Positions 10,537 to 22,887 of a stretch of DNA of 64,000 nt are shown here, in pieces. The notes under the pieces were generated by a model, which worked only from the letters and a program-made list of their open reading frames with translations, did not search any database and was not told the origin of the DNA. Origin of the DNA: an uncultured Methylomirabilota bacterium. GTDB lineage: Bacteria; Methylomirabilota; Methylomirabilia; Methylomirabilales; 2-02-FULL-66-22. The position numbers and the translations under genes were made by a program. Location of the stretch: NCBI GenBank assembly GCA_963705305.1, contig OY970067.1:2816001-2880000 (forward strand), given 5' to 3'. Within the stretch, counting starts at the first letter, position 1. Each line of letters opens with the position of its first letter.

Positions 10537-11925
10537 ATGCCCGAGCAGGCGATCACGGTGATCGGCGGCGGCCTGGCCGGCTGCGAGGCGGCCTGGCAGG
10601 CCGCACAGCAGGGGCTCCCGGTCCGCCTCTTCGAGATGCGGCCGCGGGCAACGACCGGGGCCCATCAGACCGACCGGCTGGCCGAATTGGTCTGCAGCAA
10701 CTCCCTCAAGTCGGAGTCCCCGGAAGACGCCAGCGGCCTGCTCAAGGCCGAGATGCGGGCGCTGGGCTCGATCATCCTGGCCTGCGCCGAGGCCCATCGC
10801 GTCCCGGCCGGCTCGGCCCTGGCCGTGGACCGGGACGCCTTCGCCGCCGCGGTGACCCGCACCATCACGGAGCACCCCCGGATCGCCGTGGTCCGGGACG
10901 AGGTGCCGGCGCTGCCGGCCGCGCGGCCCCTCATCGTGGCCAGCGGCCCCCTTACCTCCGACCGCCTGGCCGCCGACCTGGCGGCCCGCTTTGCATCGCT
11001 CCTCGGCGGGGACCCGGCCGCGCCGCAGCACGGCCGCACCGGTCAGCTGCTGCACTTCTATGACGCCATCTCGCCCATCATCTCGGCCGAATCCATCGAC
11101 CGGGAGATCGTCTTCGCGGCGGCGCGCTACGGCAAGGGGGGCGCCGACTATCTCAACTGCCCGCTGACCCGGGAAGAGTACCTGGCCTTTCGCGAGGCGC
11201 TGCTCCAGGGCGAGCGATATCCGCTCCACGACTTCGAGCGCCCGAACTACTTCGAGGGCTGTCTCCCCATCGAGGAGCTGGCGGAGCGGGGGGAGGACAC
11301 CCTGCGCTACGGCCCCCTGCGGCCCGTCGGCCTCACGGATCCCCGCACGGGCCGGGGGGCGTACGCCGTGGTCCAGCTCCGGCAGGAGAACCGGGGCCCC
11401 GACGGGCGACCCACCATGTACAATCTGGTGGGCCTCCAGACCCGGTTGCGGCGGGGGGACCAGGCCAGGGCCCTGCGGCTCATTCCCGGCCTGGGGCAGG
11501 CGGAGATCCTTCGCTACGGGAGCGCCCATCGCAACACGTTCATCGCCGCACCGCTGCTCCTCGAGGCCACGCTGCAATTTCGGGGGGACCCGGCGCTGTT
11601 CTTCGCGGGTCAGCTCACCGGCGTGGAGGGCTACCTGGAGTCGGCGGCCACCGGCCTCCTGGCCGGCCTGAACGCGGCGCGCCTGTCGCGAGGCGAGCCG
11701 CCGATGGTGCCGCCGCCCACCAGCATGCTGGGGGGGCTCCTCCGCTACCTCACGCAGGCCGATGTGCGATCGTTCCAACCCATCAACGCCAACTTCGGCC
11801 TCCTGCCCCCCCTGGATCGGGTCGTCCGCGACCGCCGCCAGCGAAACCGCCTGCTGGTAGAGCGGGGGCGGGCCGATTTCCATGGCTGGCTGCTTCCGCT
11901 GGAGGCGGCTTTGCGCCACCTGTGA
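10537..11925 (+). CDS. trmFO: tRNA (uracil-5)-methyltransferase TrmFO (Gid)
   Basis: IGGGLAGCEAAWQ, AELVCSNSL, FYDAISPI, YLNCPL, FAGQLTGVEGY, FQPINANFGL. Confidence 0.95.
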   Translation: MPEQAITVIGGGLAGCEAAWQAAQQGLPVRLFEMRPRATTGAHQTDRLAELVCSNSLKSESPEDASGLLKAEMRALGSIILACAEAHRVPAGSALAVDRDAFAAAVTRTITEHPRIAVVRDEVPALPAARPLIVASGPLTSDRLAADLAARFASLLGGDPAAPQHGRTGQLLHFYDAISPIISAESIDREIVFAAARYGKGGADYLNCPLTREEYLAFREALLQGERYPLHDFERPNYFEGCLPIEELAERGEDTLRYGPLRPVGLTDPRTGRGAYAVVQLRQENRGPDGRPTMYNLVGLQTRLRRGDQARALRLIPGLGQAEILRYGSAHRNTFIAAPLLLEATLQFRGDPALFFAGQLTGVEGYLESAATGLLAGLNAARLSRGEPPMVPPPTSMLGGLLRYLTQADVRSFQPINANFGLLPPLDRVVRDRRQRNRLLVERGRADFHGWLLPLEAALRHL

Positions 11926-12068
11926 CGGCCGCGGAGGAGTCCCGGGAGAGGCAAATCGCGCCTTTTCGCTTGATCTTTTCACCCGTCCAGCGTAGATTTC
12001 GCGCCAGGTGGCCGGTCGCCAGCTCCGTGCCGGGATGGCGGCTGGCCGTCTCGACTTTTGGGGGGAGC

Positions 12069-13052
12069 GTGCAGGCGGCCATCGCGGAGTACCTGACCTA
12101 CCTCAAGGCAGAGCGCGACGCCTCGGCCCACACCCTGCGGAACTACCGGGTGGATCTCACACAATTCCTGGAGTTCCTGCGGGACCGCGAGCCGGGCCGG
12201 GCGGTCCCCGGTCCGTCCGCGGTGGATCACCTGGCCATCCGCGGGTTTCTGGCCCGGCTGCACGCGGCCGGGTTGGCGCGGACCAGCCTGGCCAGAAAGC
12301 TGGCCACGCTGCGATCGTTCTTCGCCTTCCTCTGCCGCCGCGGCGCACTGGAGGCGAACCCGGCGGCCCTGCTCCAGGGGCCGCGTCTCCCCGCTCGGGC
12401 CACGCCGCACCTGAGCGTGGATGAGGTGTTTCAACTGCTGGCGGCGACGGGGGGCGGGAACCCGGCCGCCGGAACGACGACCCGCGGCGCGCCGGCGGCG
12501 CCGGCCCTGCGCGACCGGGCCATCCTGGAGCTGTTCTACGCCTCCGGCCTGCGCATCGGCGAGCTGGTGGGGCTGAACCTGTCGGCCGTGGATCTGCAGG
12601 CGGGCCTGGTGCGCGTGCAGGGCAAGGGCCGGAAAGAGCGGATCGTTCCGGTGGGACGCACGGCGCGGGAGGCCCTGCGGGCCTATGTCGAGGGCGGCCG
12701 GGCCGGGCGGTTGCCGGACGGCCGGACGGCCGCGGGGGCGGAGCCGCTCTTCCTGAACCGGCGCGGGGGCCGCCTCACGGCGCGAAGCGTCTCCCGCATC
12801 GTGCTGCGCCACCTCCTGGCCAGCGGGCTGGGGAAGAAGATCACCCCCCACGGATTGCGCCACAGTTTTGCCACGCACCTCTTGAGCGCGGGGGCGGACC
12901 TGCGGAGCATCCAGGAGCTTTTGGGACACGCCCGCCTGAGCACGACGCAGCGCTACACGCATGTGGGGCTGGATCGCGTGCTGCAGGTGTACGACCAGGC
13001 GCATCCCCGGGCGCGGCTGACGGCCCTGGGGGCCGGGGCGGGGAAGCGATGA
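12069..13052 (+). CDS. xerC: tyrosine recombinase XerC
   Basis: [45 protein letters not shown]; topA-trmFO-xerC-hslVU context. Confidence 0.9.
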   Translation: MQAAIAEYLTYLKAERDASAHTLRNYRVDLTQFLEFLRDREPGRAVPGPSAVDHLAIRGFLARLHAAGLARTSLARKLATLRSFFAFLCRRGALEANPAALLQGPRLPARATPHLSVDEVFQLLAATGGGNPAAGTTTRGAPAAPALRDRAILELFYASGLRIGELVGLNLSAVDLQAGLVRVQGKGRKERIVPVGRTAREALRAYVEGGRAGRLPDGRTAAGAEPLFLNRRGGRLTARSVSRIVLRHLLASGLGKKITPHGLRHSFATHLLSAGADLRSIQELLGHARLSTTQRYTHVGLDRVLQVYDQAHPRARLTALGAGAGKR

Positions 13053-13639
13053 GCGCAATCCACGCCGGGCCGGGCGGGGAGATCGGCGGCGCCGGGGCAT
13101 CCTCCGGCCCGCGGCTGCGCGGCACCACCATCGTCTCGGTCCGGCACCAGGGAAAAGTGGCCCTAGCCGGGGACGGCCAGGTCTCCTTCGGCGACGTGGT
13201 GATGAAGCATACCGCCAAGAAGGTCCGGCGGATGTACAACGACCAGGTCATCGCGGGATTCGCCGGGGCGGCGGCGGATGCCTTCGCGCTGTTCGGCCGG
13301 TTCGAGGCCAAGCTGGAAGAGTACTCGGGGAATCTCGCCCGCGCCGCCGTGGAGCTGGCCAAGGACTGGCGGACGGATCGGGCCCTGCGGCGCCTGGAGG
13401 CCCTGCTGGCGGTGGTGGACAAGACGTCGTCCCTGATCATCTCGGGCACGGGGGACGTGATCGAGCCCGACGACGGAATCATCGGCCTGGGCTCCGGCGG
13501 CGCCTACGCGACCGCCGCCGCCCGCGCCCTGGTGCGCCACTCCGACCTCACGGCTCGGCAGATCACGGAGGAGGCCCTGCGCATCGCCGCCGGCCTGTGC
13601 GTGTACACCAACGAGCAGATCACGATCGAGGAGTTATAG
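13049..13639 (+). CDS. hslV: ATP-dependent protease subunit HslV
   Basis: Propeptide then [33 protein letters not shown]. Confidence 0.96.
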   Translation: MSAIHAGPGGEIGGAGASSGPRLRGTTIVSVRHQGKVALAGDGQVSFGDVVMKHTAKKVRRMYNDQVIAGFAGAAADAFALFGRFEAKLEEYSGNLARAAVELAKDWRTDRALRRLEALLAVVDKTSSLIISGTGDVIEPDDGIIGLGSGGAYATAAARALVRHSDLTARQITEEALRIAAGLCVYTNEQITIEEL

Positions 13640-13644
13640 GCACC

Positions 13645-15057
13645 ATGGAGCTGGCACGCATCGCGCTCGCCAAGGCGCCGGCCCGGCGGACCGAGGTTCC
13701 GGGGCCCGGTTTGGAGGAGCGACTGACCCCCCGCCAGATCGTGGCGGAGCTGGATAAGTACATCATCGGCCAGCAGGAGGCCAAGCGCGCGGTGGCCGTG
13801 GCGCTCCGCAACCGCTGGCGCCGGCACAAGCTGCCTCCCGAGCTGCGGGACGAGGTGGCCCCCAAGAATATCATCATGATCGGCCCCACCGGCGTGGGGA
13901 AGACCGAGATCGCCCGCCGCCTGGCCCGTCTGGCCGAGGCCCCCTTCATCAAGGTGGAGGCGTCCAAGTACACCGAGGTGGGGTACGTGGGCCGGGACGT
14001 GGAGTCCATGGTCCGCGATCTGGTGGAGCTGGCGGTCAACATGGTCCGCCAGGAGAAGACCCACATGGTGAAGGCGCGGGCGCAGGAGCTGGCCGAGGAG
14101 CGTCTGCTCGACCTCCTCCTGCCGGCCTCGCGCCCCGCGGCCTACGGGCCGGCCGCGGCCCCGGACGCCGGGACGGCCCAGGACACGCGGGAGAAGCTGC
14201 GCCAGCGGCTGCGGGAAGGGGCGCTGGACGACCGCACCGTCGAGGTGGAGGTGACCAGCAAGAGCTTTCCCCTGGTGGATGCGCTGGGCGGTCAGGGCAT
14301 GGAGGAGGTGCAGGAGAACCTCAAGGAGATGCTGGGCAACTTCCTCCCTCCGCGGAGCAAGCGGCGGAAGGTCAAGGTGCACGAGGCCCGCCGGCTCCTG
14401 GTGCAGGAGGAGGCGGACAAGCTGGTGGAGAAGGAGGACGTGGTCAGCGAGGCCATCTCCCGCGTGGAAAACTCCGGCATCGTGTTCTTGGACGAGCTGG
14501 ACAAGATCGCCGGCCGCGAGGCGACCCACGGACCGGACGTGTCGCGGGAAGGGGTCCAGCGGGACCTCCTGCCTCTGGTGGAGGGCAGCAGCGTCAGCAC
14601 CAAGTACGGGCTGGTGCGGACGGACCACGTCCTGTTCATCGCGGCCGGGGCCTTCCACGTCTCCAAGCCGTCGGACCTGATCCCCGAGCTGCAGGGCCGC
14701 TTTCCGCTCCGCGTCGAGCTGCAGAGTCTGACCCAGCAGGACTTCGTCCGCATCCTGACCGAGCCGGAGACCGCCCTCACCAAGCAGTACCTGGCCCTGC
14801 TGGCCACGGAGAGCGTGGAGCTCCACTTCACCCCGGAGGCCGTCGAGGAGATCGCCCGGATCGCCACCGAGGTGAACCGGGCCGCGGAGAACATCGGGGC
14901 GCGCCGGCTCTACACCATTATGGAGCGGCTGCTGGAGGAGATCTCGTTCGAGGCACCCCACATGGCGGGCGTGCGGGTGGAGATCACGGCCGAGATGGTG
15001 CGGCAGCGGCTGGCCGCCATTGTGAAGGACCAGGATCTGAGCCGGTACATTCTGTAA
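13645..15057 (+). CDS. hslU: ATP-dependent protease ATPase subunit HslU
   Basis: [51 protein letters not shown]-terminus. Confidence 0.97.
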   Translation: MELARIALAKAPARRTEVPGPGLEERLTPRQIVAELDKYIIGQQEAKRAVAVALRNRWRRHKLPPELRDEVAPKNIIMIGPTGVGKTEIARRLARLAEAPFIKVEASKYTEVGYVGRDVESMVRDLVELAVNMVRQEKTHMVKARAQELAEERLLDLLLPASRPAAYGPAAAPDAGTAQDTREKLRQRLREGALDDRTVEVEVTSKSFPLVDALGGQGMEEVQENLKEMLGNFLPPRSKRRKVKVHEARRLLVQEEADKLVEKEDVVSEAISRVENSGIVFLDELDKIAGREATHGPDVSREGVQRDLLPLVEGSSVSTKYGLVRTDHVLFIAAGAFHVSKPSDLIPELQGRFPLRVELQSLTQQDFVRILTEPETALTKQYLALLATESVELHFTPEAVEEIARIATEVNRAAENIGARRLYTIMERLLEEISFEAPHMAGVRVEITAEMVRQRLAAIVKDQDLSRYIL

Positions 15058-15138
15058 CGTCGGGACCGGGCTCCGGACCGTGCGGGTCCGGGGGGCGCCC
15101 GGACCCCGTGGGTTTCCACTTCAGACGAGCGGTGCGGC

Positions 15139-16170
15139 ATGGATACGATCCTGGTAGTGGACGACGATCGGTTGTTCCTGGCCCTGGCCCGGGACGAGCT
15201 GGAAAAGGCGGGATTCGGCGTACTGTCGGCGGAGGGGGCCAGGGAGGCGCTGGAGATCCTGGGGAAGCAGCCGGTCCAGGCGATCATCATGGACGTGGTG
15301 ATGCCCGAGATGGACGGACTGGAGCTCTTGCCCCGCCTGCGCAAGGAGCACCCCAAAACTCCCGTGATCGTGGTGAGCGGCCGCGCCTCCTTCCTCACCG
15401 GGGTGCAGGCCATGCGGCTGGGCGCGGCGGACTTCCTGCGCAAGCCCCTGAACTTCGACGAGATGGTGCGAACCGTGACGGGGGCCATCCAGCAGAGCCA
15501 GGGGGCCCTGCCCGTCCCCGAGCGGATGGCCCAGCTGGCCCGCCTCCAGAAGAGCGCCCTGGAACTGGCCAACATGATCCGGTTCGATACGCTGGGCGAG
15601 TTCCTGAAGGATAGCGGGGCGCTCTACCAGAAGGTCATTGACCTGATGGCCGTGGTGCTGGACGTGGAGATCGTCTCCCTCATGCTCCTGGACGAGTCGG
15701 AGGGGATCCTGCGCATCGTGCAGGCCCGGGGACTGGATCCGGAGGTGCAGCGGAACGCATCGAACGCGGTCGGCGAGGGGATCTCGGGCTGGGTGGCCAA
15801 GACGGGCGAGCCGCTCTTGATCCGGGACCTGTCCACCGATCCCACCTTCAACGCGCGCGAGCGGAATCCGAAGTACCGGACCAGCTCCCTGATGTGCGTG
15901 CCCCTGAAGGTGAACGGCAAGACCATCGGGGTCATGAACGCCAACAACAAGGAGACGGGCGAGCCGTTCGACGAGCACGACCTGGCGATGTTCACCACCT
16001 TCTCCTGCGTGGTCTCCCTCAGCCTGGCGACGGCCCAGCTGTACGAGCAGCTGACGTCTTCGGTGGACGAGCTGGCCGTCACCAACGCGCGCCTGGCGCG
16101 CGCCAACGTGGAGCTGGAAGCCCGGGTCAAGGAGCTGCAGAGCCTGAAGAGCAGGACCGGCCGGTTCTGA
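15139..16170 (+). CDS. receiver + GAF domain protein with C-terminal coiled coil
   Basis: ILVVDDD/DVVMPEMDG/FLRKP receiver; GAF (GEGISGWVA, SLMCVPL, NNK, FDEHDL); heptad-like tail. Confidence 0.85.
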   Translation: MDTILVVDDDRLFLALARDELEKAGFGVLSAEGAREALEILGKQPVQAIIMDVVMPEMDGLELLPRLRKEHPKTPVIVVSGRASFLTGVQAMRLGAADFLRKPLNFDEMVRTVTGAIQQSQGALPVPERMAQLARLQKSALELANMIRFDTLGEFLKDSGALYQKVIDLMAVVLDVEIVSLMLLDESEGILRIVQARGLDPEVQRNASNAVGEGISGWVAKTGEPLLIRDLSTDPTFNARERNPKYRTSSLMCVPLKVNGKTIGVMNANNKETGEPFDEHDLAMFTTFSCVVSLSLATAQLYEQLTSSVDELAVTNARLARANVELEARVKELQSLKSRTGRF

Positions 16171-16179
16171 GGACGCGAG

Positions 16180-17049
16180 ATGGACATCCACTCCAGTCGG
16201 GCCGAGATCATCATCGAGGCGCTGCCGTTCATCCGCGCCTTCCACGGGAAGACTGTGGTGGTCAAATACGGCGGCAACGCCATGGTGGACGGGCGGTTGA
16301 CCACGGCCATCATCCAGGACGTGGTCCTGATGGGGCTGGTGGGGATGCAGCCCGTGATCGTGCACGGCGGCGGGCCGCAGATCGACCAGGCCATGCAGGC
16401 GTCCGGGTTGAAGCCCACGTTCGTCCAGGGGCTTCGGGTGACGGACGCCGAGACCATGCGGATCGTCGAGCGCGTCCTGGTGGGGGAGATCAATCAGGAG
16501 ATCGTAGCCCTCATCGGCCGCCTGGGAGGGGCGGCCATCGGCCTCTCCGGGAAGGATGGGGGCCTGATCCGGGCCCGCAAGGCCCCGCCGGTGGCGGGCC
16601 CCGGCGGGGAGAAGCTGGATCTGGGCCTGGTCGGCGAGGTGGCCCGCGTGGACCCCAAGGCCATCCGAACCGTGCAGGGGGCCGGCTATATCCCCGTGGT
16701 GGCGCCCACCGCCGGCGACGAGACGGGCAACACCTACAACATCAACGCGGATATCGTGGCCGGCGAGGTGGCCGCCGCCCTGGGGGCGGAGAAGCTGGTC
16801 CTCTTGACCGACACGGACGGGATCCTGGATCGGCAGGGACAGCGCCTGTCCACCCTGACCCGCCTGGAGGTAGAGCGTCTGGCGGGGGACGGGACCATCA
16901 CCAGGGGGATGCTGCCCAAGGTCCAAGCCTGCCTGATCGCCCTGCAGGGCGGCGTGCGCAAGACCCACATCATCAACGGAACCAGGCTGCACGCCCTCAT
17001 CGAGGAGCTGCTCACACCCGAGGGCGTGGGCACGGAGATCGTGGCCTGA
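16180..17049 (+). CDS. argB: acetylglutamate kinase
   Basis: EALPFI, VVKYGGNAM, VHGGGPQI, GLRVTD, YNINAD, GMLPKV. Confidence 0.96.
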   Translation: MDIHSSRAEIIIEALPFIRAFHGKTVVVKYGGNAMVDGRLTTAIIQDVVLMGLVGMQPVIVHGGGPQIDQAMQASGLKPTFVQGLRVTDAETMRIVERVLVGEINQEIVALIGRLGGAAIGLSGKDGGLIRARKAPPVAGPGGEKLDLGLVGEVARVDPKAIRTVQGAGYIPVVAPTAGDETGNTYNINADIVAGEVAAALGAEKLVLLTDTDGILDRQGQRLSTLTRLEVERLAGDGTITRGMLPKVQACLIALQGGVRKTHIINGTRLHALIEELLTPEGVGTEIVA

Positions 17050-17087
17050 GCGGAACCGAGCCGCGGCCGCGTCGAGGGAGCCGGAGC

Positions 17088-18284
17088 ATGACCACGCAGG
17101 AGCTGCTGGCGGCGTCGTCGAAATACCTGGCCAACACCTATGCGCGCTTTCCCATTGTGCTGATGCGGGGGCAAGGCGTCCGCGTGTGGGATTCGGAGGG
17201 CCGGGAATACCTGGATTTCGTAGGGGGGATCGCCGTGGACGCCCTGGGGCACTGCCACCCGCGCATGGTGGCGGCCATCCGGGAGCAGGCGGAGCGGTTG
17301 ATCCACGTGAGCAACCTCTACCACATCGAGCCCCAGATCCGGCTGGCCCGGCTGCTCTGTGAGAACTCCTTCGCCGACCGGGCCTTTTTTTGCAACAGCG
17401 GCGCCGAGGCCAACGAGGCCGCCATCAAGCTGGCCCGCAAGTACGCCAAAGACCGCTGGAGCAGCGATCGCACCGAGATCATCGTCATGCATCACTCCTT
17501 CCACGGCCGGACACTGGCCACCGTGACGGCCACCGGCAACGAGAAGTACTGGCACGGCTTCGAGCCCCTGATGCCGGGCTTCAAGCACGTGCCGTACAAC
17601 GATCTGACGGCAGTGGAGCGCGCCCTGGACTCCCACACCTGTGCCGTGCTGGTCGAGCCGGTGCAAGGGGAGGGCGGGGTGAACGTGCCGGGGGACGAGT
17701 ACCTGCCGGGGCTCCGCCGGCTCTGCGACCAGGCCGGCGCGCTGCTCATCCTCGACGAGGTCCAGTCCGGGATGGGGCGGACGGGGAAGCTCTTCGCCTG
17801 CCAGCACTGGGGAGTCGAGCCGGACATCATGACCCTGGCCAAGGCGCTGGCTGGCGGCATCCCGATGGGGGCCATGCTGGCGCGCGAGGCGGTGGCGGCG
17901 AGCTTCGTGCCCGGGACGCACGCCTCCACGTTCGGAGGGACGCCGTTCGTCTCGGCCGTGGCCGTGGCCGTCGTCGAGACCATGCTTCAGGAGGATCTGC
18001 CGGGGAACGCGGCGCGGGTTGGGAAGTACTTCCTGGATCGGCTGAGCGCCCTCCGGACCCGCTTCCCGCTGATCGTCGCGGTGCGGGGGAAAGGGCTGCT
18101 CTTGGGGATGCAGGTGTCGATTCCGGCCCGCAACATCGTGGCCGCCTGCATGGAGCGCGGGCTCCTCACCCTCACGGCCGGCGATCAGGTCGTCCGGTTC
18201 GCGCCGCCCCTGATCGTCAGCGAGGCGGACGTGGATCGGGCGGTCGCGATCCTCACCGAAGCGCTCGAACGGGTGAGCAAGTAA
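17088..18284 (+). CDS. argD: acetylornithine aminotransferase
   Basis: FCNSGAEANEAAIKLARK, SFHGRT, EPVQGEGG, DEVQSGMGRTG, AKAL, HASTFGG. Confidence 0.95.
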   Translation: MTTQELLAASSKYLANTYARFPIVLMRGQGVRVWDSEGREYLDFVGGIAVDALGHCHPRMVAAIREQAERLIHVSNLYHIEPQIRLARLLCENSFADRAFFCNSGAEANEAAIKLARKYAKDRWSSDRTEIIVMHHSFHGRTLATVTATGNEKYWHGFEPLMPGFKHVPYNDLTAVERALDSHTCAVLVEPVQGEGGVNVPGDEYLPGLRRLCDQAGALLILDEVQSGMGRTGKLFACQHWGVEPDIMTLAKALAGGIPMGAMLAREAVAASFVPGTHASTFGGTPFVSAVAVAVVETMLQEDLPGNAARVGKYFLDRLSALRTRFPLIVAVRGKGLLLGMQVSIPARNIVAACMERGLLTLTAGDQVVRFAPPLIVSEADVDRAVAILTEALERVSK

Positions 18285-18285
18285 G

Positions 18286-18400
18286 CAATGCAAAACCGAC
18301 AATGAAAAATGGAAAACCGGCCGAATGGATGCAAGGGCCGGTGCCTGGCTTGCCATTGTCGGTTGTCGGTTTTCCATTGTCCGTTTTCAATTTTCGATTG
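18286..18400. repeat. inverted pair of degenerate 7-bp tandem arrays
   Basis: Five heptamers (CAATGCA AAACCGA CAATGAA AAATGGA AAACCGG) at 18286-18320 and seven complementary heptamers at 18352-18400. Confidence 0.8.
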
Positions 18401-18414
18401 ACTCGAGGTCTCCC

Positions 18415-19344
18415 ATGAATCGCCACCTGATCACCCTGGACGATCTCACGGCTGACGACGTCCAGGGGCTGTTCGATCTGGCCGCCGCGCTGAAGATGAA
18501 GCGGCGGCAGGGGTTGCCGCACGCGCTGCTCACCGGCAAAACCCTGGCCCTGATCTTCGAGAAGCCGTCGCTCCGCACCCGGGTGACGTTCGAGGCGGGG
18601 ATGACCCAACTGGGCGGACACGCCGTCTATCTGGCGCCCGCGGACATCCGTTTGGGAGAGCGGGAAACGGTGCAGGACGCCGCCCGGAACCTGGAGCGCT
18701 GGGTGGACGGAATCGTGGCCCGCACCTTCAGCCACCAGATGGTGGAGCGGCTGGCCTCGTACTCCAGCGTCCCGGTCATCAACGGCCTGACCGACGGCCA
18801 CCATCCGGTGCAGATCCTCTGCGATATGTTCACGCTGTGGGAAAAGCGGGGCGCCCTCCAGGGCCTGCACATCGTATTCGTCGGGGACGGCAACAACGTC
18901 TGCCATTCCTGGCTGCAGGGGGCGGCCAAGATGGGGATGCGCTTCACGCTGGCCTGCCCCGCCGGATACGAGCCGGATTCGATTGTAATGGAGCGCGCGC
19001 TCCACGACGCGGCGGCAACCGGCGCCCGCCTGCGGGTGACCCACGACGCCGGGGACGCCGCGCGGGAGGCCGATGTCCTGTACACCGACGTCTGGGCCAG
19101 CATGGGCCAGGAGGACGAGCGCGCCAAGCGCCTGCGCGACTTCCAGCTGTTCCAGGTGGATGCGCGGCTGGTGGGACTGGCCCGGCCCGAGGTGCTCGTC
19201 ATGCACTGTCTCCCCGCCCACCGCGGGGAAGAGATCACCGGCGAGGTCTTGGACGGGCCGCGGAGCATCGTCTTCGATCAGGCGGAGAACCGCCTGCACG
19301 TGCAGAAGGCGATCTTGGTCACGCTGATGGGCGGCACAGCCTAG
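18415..19344 (+). CDS. argF: ornithine carbamoyltransferase
   Basis: FEKPSLRTR, NGLTDGHHPVQ, YTDVWASMGQE, MHCLPAHRGEE, QAENRLH. Confidence 0.96.
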   Translation: MNRHLITLDDLTADDVQGLFDLAAALKMKRRQGLPHALLTGKTLALIFEKPSLRTRVTFEAGMTQLGGHAVYLAPADIRLGERETVQDAARNLERWVDGIVARTFSHQMVERLASYSSVPVINGLTDGHHPVQILCDMFTLWEKRGALQGLHIVFVGDGNNVCHSWLQGAAKMGMRFTLACPAGYEPDSIVMERALHDAAATGARLRVTHDAGDAAREADVLYTDVWASMGQEDERAKRLRDFQLFQVDARLVGLARPEVLVMHCLPAHRGEEITGEVLDGPRSIVFDQAENRLHVQKAILVTLMGGTA

Positions 19345-19373
19345 CAGGCTGCTGAAAAAGGCCCACCTGCGGC
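19345..19373. repeat. truncated copy (left end) of the 6537-6624 element
   Basis: CAGGCTGCTGAAAAAGGCCCACCTGC follows a CCTAG stop context, as at 6537. Confidence 0.65.
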
Positions 19374-19420
19374 TCCGCCGACCGGCCGTACCGGTGATCG
19401 GATGTCCGGGGGATCGAACC

Positions 19421-20215
19421 ATGCGGGTTGAGGGGAAGGTTGCCGTCGTCACCGGCGGGGGGGCCGGCATCGGTCGGGCCATCGTCCTGGCGCTGGCGCG
19501 GGAAGGGGCAGATCTCCTCGTTGCCGACATCAGCGCGCCTGCAGCCGAGTCGGTGGCCGGGGAGGTGCGCGCGGCGGGTCGCCAGGCGTGGACCCTTCCG
19601 GTGGACGTGCGGAGCGAGGCGGCCGTCCGGTCGGCCCTGGCCGAGGGGATGCGCCTGGCGGGCCGGATCGATATCCTGGTGAACAACGCCGGGGTGACTC
19701 CCAACGTCGGCCTCCCCTTCACGCGGCAGGTGGAGGCGGACTGGGACAAGGTCTTCGGCGTGAACCTTAAGCCGGTCTTCTTTACCTGCAAGGCCCTGGC
19801 GCCCCACTTCATGGAGCGGAGGGCGGGCAAGATCGTGAACATCGCGTCGGTGGCGGGGCCCCTCTCCAGCTCGTCTATGCCGTCCTACAGCGTCGTGAAG
19901 ATGGGCGTGATCACCTTCACCAAGATCGTGGCCAGAGATCTGGCGCCGTACGGCGTCAACGTGAACGCCGTCTGCCCGGGACTCCTGTGGACGGACATGT
20001 GGAAGCAGCTCGGGGACGTGATGCGGGCCACTGACCCGACCTACGCCGACCTCACCCCCCGGCAGATGTTCGAGCGGCGGGTGCAGGAGTGGATCCCCAT
20101 GCGGCGGGAGCAGACGCCGGAAGACATCGGCCACGCGGTGGTGTTCCTGGCCTCGGAGGAGGCCCGCAACATCACCGGCCAGGCCTTGATGGTGGACGGC
20201 GGCATCGTTATGTAG
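19421..20215 (+). CDS. short-chain dehydrogenase/reductase
   Basis: TGGGAGIG, LVNNAG, NIAS, YxxxK (YSVVK), ITGQALMVDGG. Confidence 0.92.
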   Translation: MRVEGKVAVVTGGGAGIGRAIVLALAREGADLLVADISAPAAESVAGEVRAAGRQAWTLPVDVRSEAAVRSALAEGMRLAGRIDILVNNAGVTPNVGLPFTRQVEADWDKVFGVNLKPVFFTCKALAPHFMERRAGKIVNIASVAGPLSSSSMPSYSVVKMGVITFTKIVARDLAPYGVNVNAVCPGLLWTDMWKQLGDVMRATDPTYADLTPRQMFERRVQEWIPMRREQTPEDIGHAVVFLASEEARNITGQALMVDGGIVM

Positions 20216-20275
20216 AGGCAAGGGTTCCGCGGCGCCGCGGTCGCGCGGTGCCGTGCAGGGGGGACTGGAGGCGGC

Positions 20276-21498
<1,223 letters not shown>

Positions 21499-21502
<4 letters not shown>

Positions 21503-22887
21503 ACCGGAAAAAGAAGTTGTGGGGCGGTCGCTTCCAGGCAGGCACGCATCAGCAGGTGGAGGCCTTCACGGCCTCCATCCACTTCGATCAGCAGCTGGCG
21601 CCCCAGGACATCGCGGGGAGCATCGCCCACGCCCGCATGCTGGGCAAATGCGGGATCATCGGCAAGGCGGAGGCGGAGCAGATCGAGACCGGCCTGACCG
21701 AGATCCAGGCGGAGATCGCCCAGGGTCAGTTCCGTTTCGATCCGGGCCTGGAAGACATCCACATGCACATCGAGCGACGCCTGATCGAAAAGATCGGCGA
21801 CGTGGGGGGCAAGCTCCACACCGGCCGCAGCCGGAACGACCAGGTGGCCCTGGACCTGCGCCTGTACCTGCGGGAGGCCATCCGGCAGATCCGCGAGCAG
21901 CTACGCGCCCTCCAGCGGGCCCTGGTGGGCAAGGCCGAGCTGCACCTGGACACCATCCTGCCCGGGTACACCCACCTCCAGCGGGCGCAGCCGATCCTGC
22001 TGGCCCACCATCTGATGGCCTACTTCGAGATGTTCCAGCGGGACCGGGATCGGCTGGACGAGTGCCTGCGCCGGGTGAACGTGCTGCCACTGGGGGCGGC
22101 CGCGCTGGCGGGAACCAGCCTTCCCATCGACCGGGCATACGTGGCCAAGCTGTTGGAGTTTCCCGCCGTGGCCGCAAACAGTGTGGACGCCGTGTCCGAC
22201 CGGGACTTCGCCGTGGAGTTCCTCGCCTGCGCGGCCCTGATTGCCATGCACCTGTCGCGACTGGCGGAGGAGCTGGTGCTCTGGGCCAGCGCCGAGTTCG
22301 GGTTCATCGAGCTGCCCGACGCCTTCGCCACCGGCTCCAGCATCATGCCGCAGAAGAAGAACCCGGATGTGGCCGAGCTGACGCGCGGGAAGACCGGCCG
22401 CGTCTACGGCTCGCTGATGGCCCTGCTGACGACCATGAAGGGGCTTCCGCTGAGCTACAATCGTGACCTGCAGGAGGACAAGGAGCCGGTCTTCGACGCG
22501 GTGAAGACGCTCCGCCAAACGCTGGATGTGTTCCCGCCCTTGCTCAGCACCATCACCGTGCGGGCCGACCGGATGCGGGCGGCGGCCGCCGACGGTTTCC
22601 TGAACGCGACCGACCTGGCCGATTACCTGGTCACCAAGGGGGTCCCTTTCCGCGAGGCCCACGAGGCGGTGGGGCGTCTGGTGCGGGAGTGCCTGGAAAC
22701 GAACCAGCGGCTGGAGGCGCTTCCCCTCACGCGCCTGCGCCATTTCTCGCCGGCCATCGGGCCCGATGTGTTCAAATACATCGGCCTGGAGGCCTGTGTC
22801 GAGCGTCGGCGCTCGATAGGCGGCACCAGCTCCCGCCTGGTGGGCGAGGCCATCGCCCAGGCCAAGCGGACGCTCCGCCGACCATGA
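21499..22887 (+). CDS. argH: argininosuccinate lyase
   Basis: [38 protein letters not shown]. Confidence 0.97.

Noticed and set aside
12069..13052. xerC as the island integrase
   Set aside because: It sits in the conserved topA-trmFO-xerC-hslVU housekeeping context, 12 kb from the island.
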